From the NCBI GenBank assembly GCA_964187785.1, contig OZ076409.1, positions 61,506,001-61,570,000 of the forward strand: 64,000 nt of DNA. The letters are read 5' to 3'. Made by a program: the position numbers and the translations under genes. The stretch is from Amphiscolops sp. MND2022. Lineage: Eukaryota. Shown piece after piece: positions 57,654-64,000 of this stretch (the first letter of the stretch is position 1; the number at the start of each line of letters is the position of its first letter). The notes beneath the pieces are model-generated. The model did no database searches, was not told the DNA's origin, and saw only the letters and a program-made list of their open reading frames with translations.

Positions 57654-57816
57654 AGTTTCCATCAGTTGTTCATTGAGGAATAGCTTTTCTATTTCTTTTT
57701 TGATGATAGTTTTTTAACGGGTATCATGTTTTCGTCAGATTTTTATATTAATAAATAACAATATCATCGAAAAAGAAATAGAAAAACTATTCCTCAATGA
57801 ACAACTGATGGAAACT
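57654..57816. repeat. Inverted repeat with ~55-bp arms (MITE-like)
   Basis: 57654-57708 is the near-perfect reverse complement of 57762-57816. Confidence 0.7.
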
Positions 57817-58029
57817 CTCAAATTCTCAAATTCAGACAACTTGATTAAGCGTTTCTCAGCACCTGCCAGCGGATGGCGAGCCGTACCTGCATCAGAGCTG
57901 AAAATCTGTTGAATTCTTAATCAATCAAGCACAATCATGCATTTTCATGCTATAAATATTATAGCCTCTCAAATCTTTTTATTATGGGAATTGTTCATTC
58001 GAGAAAAAAGTTTTGATTGGAAAGGGGAA

Positions 58030-58440
58030 TGTTATGCGTTGCATTACTCATTGATGAATTTTGACTCATGAATGACTTTGACTTTGTTTTGAATGAATCA
58101 TACTTGTATTGAGTCAGCCAGTTTATGAAATTGAAGTAATGTCCCGCTCATGGATCTTCAAAAGAATGAGTTACGCTCAGAAAAGACATTCAAGGTTATG
58201 TTTTCCCAGTCCTTCTCTTTATCGCCATTTGTGAAACATTTTAACTCTTAAATAAGCCTATAGTAAATGAAGCATTTCCTAGCCTTTTCCAAACCCTAAA
58301 ATTTACTATTATGAAGTCTTTCACTAATTTTACGCTATTTTCTTTCCGGTATTTGGAGACTGCCGTCTTACAGGTATCAAGTAGTCTTTGTTTTATTCTT
58401 TCTTCAGTATTTATAATTAATATTTCTGGCGCCCCAGTGG
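58030..58440 (+). repeat. Possible 5' LTR and PBS of the BEL/Pao element
   Basis: TGTTA (58030)...TAATA (58422), then TGGCGCCCCAG (58427); second LTR lies outside the window, so unconfirmed. Confidence 0.35.
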
Positions 58441-58523
58441 TCACGTTTACCCTTATTTTCCTTTTCTCGAGTTGTTACATTTACGAATAGTGTTAAATCA
58501 CTTTCATTGAAAGAGTGTAAAAG

Positions 58524-61500
58524 ATGGTCAAAAAAAGAAATAAAGGCCAAAATGAGGCAACTGTGGCCGATGATGATGATGTAGAAAATGGCACTGAAGC
58601 CAATGAATTGCATGCGGCTAATGGGCAATCCTCCAGTGATTCGTTTTCTCATTCGCAACTTGACCAAACTGATGATGAATTACAGCAACTTTTGTCGTTG
58701 CAGCAACTTGGTCTTGATGAAATTCAATGCTCCCTTCAGTTTGCCAACAATTGTATTGAAACAGGGGAAGCAGTAGAGTTGTGTCAAGAGTTTTTCGAGG
58801 AAGCCCAACAAAAAATTGTTGATTTTGAGTCTCTGACAAAGCAAATAATTCTACATTCAAAATCTCACCTCAACCGCCAATCAACACAGCTCTCAGGAGT
58901 TAAGAATGATCTACGAAGCCTTCGTTTGAAGATCATGAAAAAGGGCGCTTCTGATCAGTTGTCGCATCCTTCTGAAGTGTACCCAGTAACGAGAACTAAT
59001 CCTCAACAAGTGTTTGGCAACCTACCATCTGATGAACTCCAAGGAACTTCTAACAACCCATTGCCTGCTTTCACAATACCTGACTCTTCTCTGCAGTCAA
59101 CAGCTCTCGCCGTCACATCAAATTTCCCTGGAATCAATGACACGTCATCACAACTCGAAACCGCAGCAAATCCGTTGCATGTCGCACCAAGGATTCATAC
59201 TGAAGCACCAGTTCCAAATAACAACGTTCTTCAGGGAGTTGGAGCTTCACAAAGAATGTCTTCAACTTTCCAGAAATCGATTCCGAAAGTCAAGCCCACA
59301 ACTTTTAATGGAGACCCACTTTTATGGTTAGATTGGATTGGCCTCTTCAACGCGACAATTCATTCATCAGACATGACAACAGCTGAGAAAATGACCCATT
59401 TACAAACTCTAGTAAAGGATCAAGCAAAATCAGTCATTCGCGGATATGGATACAATGGAGAAATGTACTTCACAGCACTCAAACGACTCCAAGACAGTTT
59501 TGGAAATCCAACCAAAATTGTCACCTCTTTTCTACAACGCCTTAATTGTCATCCGATTCCAACTCTTGAACAACCTGATTCTTTCACAGTGTACTCCAAC
59601 TTTTTAACTACCTTGGTTGACACTTTCGAGCAACTTGATTTTCAACACGACATTCGTTCAACAACTAACGTTCAACAAGCCTTGAGAAAGTTACCGACCG
59701 AAACTAGACTAGCCTGGAATCGACATGCCGTCTCTTCAGGACTCAAACAGCCAACTCTAAATGATGTAACTCTTTGGTTACGGGAATTCGCTCTCGCCTG
59801 CAGTGAAATGCCTGTACCACAGCAGACCACATCAATTAAAAACGGACAGCCTCAATTCTCTCATGATTCACGTTCATCATCAGGAACTGCCAATCACCAC
59901 AAATCTTCTACCAATACGCCAAGATCAGGACCAACAACGGACGCTCTCAAAAAAGATTTCTGCCCTGAATCCAAAGGATGCCCTCTGCTTCGACAATGCC
60001 CGCACTTCAAATCTCTCGATCTTCAGAGCAGATACGATCACGTCAAAAAGTTGAAACTTTGTTTCAATTGCCTCGGACCACACGCCTTCAAAGATTGTAA
60101 ATCTGAAACAACCTGCCGCACCGACGGTTGTCAACGACGACACCACACGTTGTTACACCGTGATCAGCACCCAGCAGTTTCTTCAGCCGTCAACACCCGA
60201 CGTCACTTGCCAGGAATTGTACCTATTCTTCCAGTAACACTCTCTTACGGGAACAACCAGATTTCCACATACGCCCTTCTGGACTCTGGGAGTTCCGTAA
60301 CACTACTCGCTGAATCAGCCGCCAAGCTGCTTCAACCCGACCTCGAAAGGAACCAACAACTCAGTGTAACAGGAATCAACGCTGTCGCCGAAGTTGATGT
60401 CGCAACGATACAATGTTTCATTGGACCGTACAACTCCCCAGTTCAGCCTCACAGACTCGATAAAGTTTTTTCAGTGCCAACACTGAACGTTCAAACAGCA
60501 CAACCTGCATTTCTCAACTCAGTTTGTCAGCAGCACCCTCATCTTAATCACGTCAAATTTCCTCAGTTATCATCCAATTCCGTTTCGCTTCTGATTGGTG
60601 TAGACTCATACGATGTGATCTGCAGCCGAGGAGTCATTCACGGACCACCTAATACACCAAAAGCATTGCACACACTTCTTGGATGGACAATAGTCGGAAA
60701 TAGAAGCCATCAACTACCGACAACAGCACAGACACTCCTTGTCAGGACACCAACAATGGACGACGAACTTTTTCAGCAAGTCCACCGTTGGATGCGTCAA
60801 GACATTGAAGGAGTCTCATCAGCCAAGAAAGCTTTTTCATCCAACGATCGCCGCGCCGAGAAAATTCTCCAATCTACAACAACGAAAGTTGAAGGTCGCT
60901 ACCAAATCGGTCTTCTCTGGAAAGAAAATGTCGACCTGCCAAATAATCGGTGGGTTGCCGAACGTCAACTTTCCGGCCTTGAACAACGTTTGGAAAAAGA
61001 TTCTAATTTGAAACAACTATACCAGAAAACAATCGATGACGACCTTGCCAAAGGTTACATCGTTCGAGTGCCGCCAAACGACACAACCGTCAAAAAATGG
61101 TATCTTCCACACCATCCAGTTACCAACATCCACAAACCTGGAAAGGTTCGCCGAGTGACAAACGCCAGCAGTGTCTTCAAAGGAAAGTCACTCAATAGCA
61201 GTCTACTGACTGCACCAGACTTTCTTTGCAACCTCACAGGATTAATATTGCGCTTCCGACTACACAGAGTCGCGATATCTGCGGATATCGAGGCTATGTT
61301 CATGCAAGTTCTCGTGGACCCCAAAGATCGACCGTTTCTACGCTTCTTGTGGCGGAACAACAAAACAATGTTCGACTACGAATACACTAGACACATATTT
61401 GGCGCAACCGATTCACCATGTGTCGCCTGTTACGCCGTGCAATGTTGTGCCAACGACAATGCAGACGATCATCCGGACATTCCAGCAATCGTTCAGAGGA

Positions 61501-64000
61501 ACATTTATATGGACGATCTTTATCTCTCTCTACCTACAGATGAAGAAGCCACAGATACAGCACAGATCCTACGCATGGTCTTGTCAACGGGAGGATTCAA
61601 TTTGACCAAGTGGAATTCGAACAGCCGTAACTTTTTGAAAGGGTTGAACTCGGAACTGCGAGCTGCAGGAGCCGACCCCGACAATTCATTGACGCCACAA
61701 CGCGTCCTTGGAATGCCATGGGACCCGGAAAAAGATGTCTACTTTATACCACCGGACAGCTACCAAAATGTCAAGGACATACAAACACCCACTCAACGCA
61801 GTTTACTGAAGTTTACTTCATCGATATTCGATCCGTTGGGACTCACAGCACCACTGACGATTCGCTTGCGAATTTGCATGCAACTTGCCTGGACCACTGG
61901 ACAACACTGGGATAAGCCCATTCCAGAGGAACACTTAGCTGACTTCCATCAATGGACCAGTGAAATTGACCACTTCCACAAGATTGAACTACACCGCCAG
62001 CTTCACAACTACAAGAGCCAGCCAAAACGTCATGAACTTCATGTGTTCTCGGATGCTTCGGAGAAAGCATTTTCTGCAGTATCCTATTTACGAACAATCC
62101 ACGACGACAACCACATCAGCATTGATTTTCTAATTGGTAAAGCCAGAGTTGCACCCATAAAACGACTCACGATTCCAAATTTGGAACTTCAAGCAGCAAC
62201 TATTGGAAGCCGCCTTGCAGTGTACATCAAAGAAGAACTTGACATACGCATAGCTAAAACCTTCATGTGGACCGACAGTACAACCGTTTTGCACTGGATT
62301 AACAATACTCATCAAAGACACAAAATCTTCGTTGCCAATCGACTTAACATTATTCTCGACTCAACAGACGCGTCCGATTGGAGATACGTTCCAACTTCAG
62401 ACAACCCCGCAGATGATGGAACAAGAGGATATACTGCCAGTCAAATGAATGTCAACTCGCGATGGATTCAAGGACCACCGTTTCTCTCGCACAATGAACA
62501 CTTTTGGCCTGCACAGCCTACTTCGTCTCAACAAGTTGCTGTGTCTCTTACCCACCAGCCCACCGACCAACACGAAAAACCACTCTTTGAAATTACGCGC
62601 TTCAGTAATTGGAACCGCCTAATTAGGACTATTGCCTTCTGTTTCCTCGTTGCCGACAAAGCCAGAAATCGCCAAGCCACTCTAACTTTGGAGCATATTA
62701 CCAAAGCTTTCAAATTTCTCATCAAGTCTTCTCAGCAACATTCTTTCCTCGCAGAAATGAAAGAGCTATCTAAGAAGAATTGCCTGCCCGCCAACTCTAG
62801 AATTTCACAACTCAGCCCCTTCATCGACGAGCATGGAATCTTGCGATCGCGTGGCCGACTTGCCAAGGCCACTGTTATTTTGTGTAGCAGATTTCCTGTC
62901 ATCTTGGATGCCGCATGCCCTTCAATCGAACTCTTCTTACAACACATTCACAGCACCAATGGACACTGTGGACTCGAATTCAGCCGTGCCTTAGTTCAAC
63001 AACAGTTTTGGATACTCAAAGCCCGCAAGGTGTTACGACAACTCATTCGACGTTGCATCACTTGCCGCAGACAACAGCAGGATGTCATCCAGCCCATCAT
63101 GGCTGACTTGCCGAAAGAACGACTCCCTTCCTCGATCAATTTTCCATTCCGTACAACTGGAGTTGATTACCTAGGACCATTTTTCATCAAAGCCCCGCGT
63201 GCCGAAAAACGATATATACTTCTCTTCACTTGCCTCGTCACCAGAGCTATCCATATTGAAATTACAGAGAAACTGAACACCGACGAATCAATTTTAGCTA
63301 TCCGAAGATTTATTTGCCGAAGAGGGCAGCCTCACTCCATCAGATCAGACAACGCAACTACCTTTATCTCTGCCAATAAAGACCTCAAAGCCGAACTAAA
63401 GAAACTTGAGAAAGCCTCATCTGATATATCTGCCCGTCTTGGTGTGCAGCATATCGCCTGGTATTTCAACCCACCAGCAGCCCCTCATTTCGGGGGTGCA
63501 AGGGAGCGGTTAATCCGCTCTTTCAAAGATACCTTCTACAAAATTGTTGGATCGAGAACCTTGCGCGATTCTACGCTTTACACTTTTGCCTGTGAAGTAG
63601 AGGCAATAATGAACAATCGGCCTCTCTTGCATGTTTCTTCGGACATCACCGACATGGAGCCTCTCACACCGAATCATCTACTACTCGGAAGACCTCAAGC
63701 AATCGTACCGACAGGTATCTTCGACAATCACACGGAGCCCTACAGCTGGAAGAAAGCTCAAGCTTTAGCAGACAGTTTTTGGTCAAGGTTCAGCAAAGAA
63801 TACATGCCATCTCTGCAAACAAGATCAAAGTGGACGAAACATTCCGATGAACTGAAACCTGGAGATTTAGTTTGGATCTTGGAAGATTACACAGCCCGTG
63901 GAATATGGCCGGTCGGAAAAGTCAAGTCAGTCACCAAAGGCACAGACAACGTGGCCCGCTCGTGTGACCTCATCACTTCTTTTGGAACGATTAAAAGACC
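58524..64000 (+). CDS. BEL/Pao Gag-Pol polyprotein (apparently uninterrupted, >1825 codons, runs off window)
   Basis: PTTFNGDPLLW (DUF1759-type Gag); LCFNCLGPH...CQRRHHTLLH knuckles; ALLDSGS protease; ADIEAMF/IYMDD RT; HVFSDAS RNase H; GVDYLGP/SDNAT/ERL integrase. The ORF track lists no stop-terminated ORF in this frame. Confidence 0.92.
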   Translation, partial: MVKKRNKGQNEATVADDDDVENGTEANELHAANGQSSSDSFSHSQLDQTDDELQQLLSLQQLGLDEIQCSLQFANNCIETGEAVELCQEFFEEAQQKIVDFESLTKQIILHSKSHLNRQSTQLSGVKNDLRSLRLKIMKKGASDQLSHPSEVYPVTRTNPQQVFGNLPSDELQGTSNNPLPAFTIPDSSLQSTALAVTSNFPGINDTSSQLETAANPLHVAPRIHTEAPVPNNNVLQGVGASQRMSSTFQKSIPKVKPTTFNGDPLLWLDWIGLFNATIHSSDMTTAEKMTHLQTLVKDQAKSVIRGYGYNGEMYFTALKRLQDSFGNPTKIVTSFLQRLNCHPIPTLEQPDSFTVYSNFLTTLVDTFEQLDFQHDIRSTTNVQQALRKLPTETRLAWNRHAVSSGLKQPTLNDVTLWLREFALACSEMPVPQQTTSIKNGQPQFSHDSRSSSGTANHHKSSTNTPRSGPTTDALKKDFCPESKGCPLLRQCPHFKSLDLQSRYDHVKKLKLCFNCLGPHAFKDCKSETTCRTDGCQRRHHTLLHRDQHPAVSSAVNTRRHLPGIVPILPVTLSYGNNQISTYALLDSGSSVTLLAESAAKLLQPDLERNQQLSVTGINAVAEVDVATIQCFIGPYNSPVQPHRLDKVFSVPTLNVQTAQPAFLNSVCQQHPHLNHVKFPQLSSNSVSLLIGVDSYDVICSRGVIHGPPNTPKALHTLLGWTIVGNRSHQLPTTAQTLLVRTPTMDDELFQQVHRWMRQDIEGVSSAKKAFSSNDRRAEKILQSTTTKVEGRYQIGLLWKENVDLPNNRWVAERQLSGLEQRLEKDSNLKQLYQKTIDDDLAKGYIVRVPPNDTTVKKWYLPHHPVTNIHKPGKVRRVTNASSVFKGKSLNSSLLTAPDFLCNLTGLILRFRLHRVAISADIEAMFMQVLVDPKDRPFLRFLWRNNKTMFDYEYTRHIFGATDSPCVACYAVQCCANDNADDHPDIPAIVQRNIYMDDLYLSLPTDEEATDTAQILRMVLSTGGFNLTKWNSNSRNFLKGLNSELRAAGADPDNSLTPQRVLGMPWDPEKDVYFIPPDSYQNVKDIQTPTQRSLLKFTSSIFDPLGLTAPLTIRLRICMQLAWTTGQHWDKPIPEEHLADFHQWTSEIDHFHKIELHRQLHNYKSQPKRHELHVFSDASEKAFSAVSYLRTIHDDNHISIDFLIGKARVAPIKRLTIPNLELQAATIGSRLAVYIKEELDIRIAKTFMWTDSTTVLHWINNTHQRHKIFVANRLNIILDSTDASDWRYVPTSDNPADDGTRGYTASQMNVNSRWIQGPPFLSHNEHFWPAQPTSSQQVAVSLTHQPTDQHEKPLFEITRFSNWNRLIRTIAFCFLVADKARNRQATLTLEHITKAFKFLIKSSQQHSFLAEMKELSKKNCLPANSRISQLSPFIDEHGILRSRGRLAKATVILCSRFPVILDAACPSIELFLQHIHSTNGHCGLEFSRALVQQQFWILKARKVLRQLIRRCITCRRQQQDVIQPIMADLPKERLPSSINFPFRTTGVDYLGPFFIKAPRAEKRYILLFTCLVTRAIHIEITEKLNTDESILAIRRFICRRGQPHSIRSDNATTFISANKDLKAELKKLEKASSDISARLGVQHIAWYFNPPAAPHFGGARERLIRSFKDTFYKIVGSRTLRDSTLYTFACEVEAIMNNRPLLHVSSDITDMEPLTPNHLLLGRPQAIVPTGIFDNHTEPYSWKKAQALADSFWSRFSKEYMPSLQTRSKWTKHSDELKPGDLVWILEDYTARGIWPVGKVKSVTKGTDNVARSCDLITSFGTIKR

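Overview
AT-rich eukaryotic (metazoan-like) genomic DNA, almost entirely transposable elements sitting in the introns of a minus-strand host gene. Three phase-1 exons (56232-56423, 14278-14478, <1-105) splice in frame into tandem F-type-lectin/discoidin-like domains. The elements are: (i) a nested pair of non-autonomous DNA transposons (2273-4024); (ii) pol-less LTR element A (5553-14156; 2-kb LTRs, GCTTA TSD, intact 871-aa Gag-like ORF plus small ORFs); (iii) a full-length but disabled 15.1-kb Polinton/Maverick (15533-30624; CACCGA TSD) with pPolB, integrase, major and minor capsid, adenain protease, two A32-like ATPases and a candidate Pol III RNA in each TIR; (iv) a 19.4-kb env-bearing Ty3/Gypsy element B (31941-51321; CTGC TSD); (v) an apparently intact BEL/Pao element running off the right edge; plus LINE and Helentron-like fragments. 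Element B is the best candidate for an undescribed system. It looks like a complex retrovirus: a TARG1-like macrodomain in Pol, a partly stop/start-coupled cassette of small paralogous ORFs (a family also seen in element A), an antisense ORF, duplicated pseudoknot-like RNA elements before a chuvirus/gB-like glycoprotein, a PAM2 + coiled-coil + TRAF/MATH gene, and 47-bp hairpin arrays in its LTRs. All family assignments are by eye from motifs; no database searches were run.
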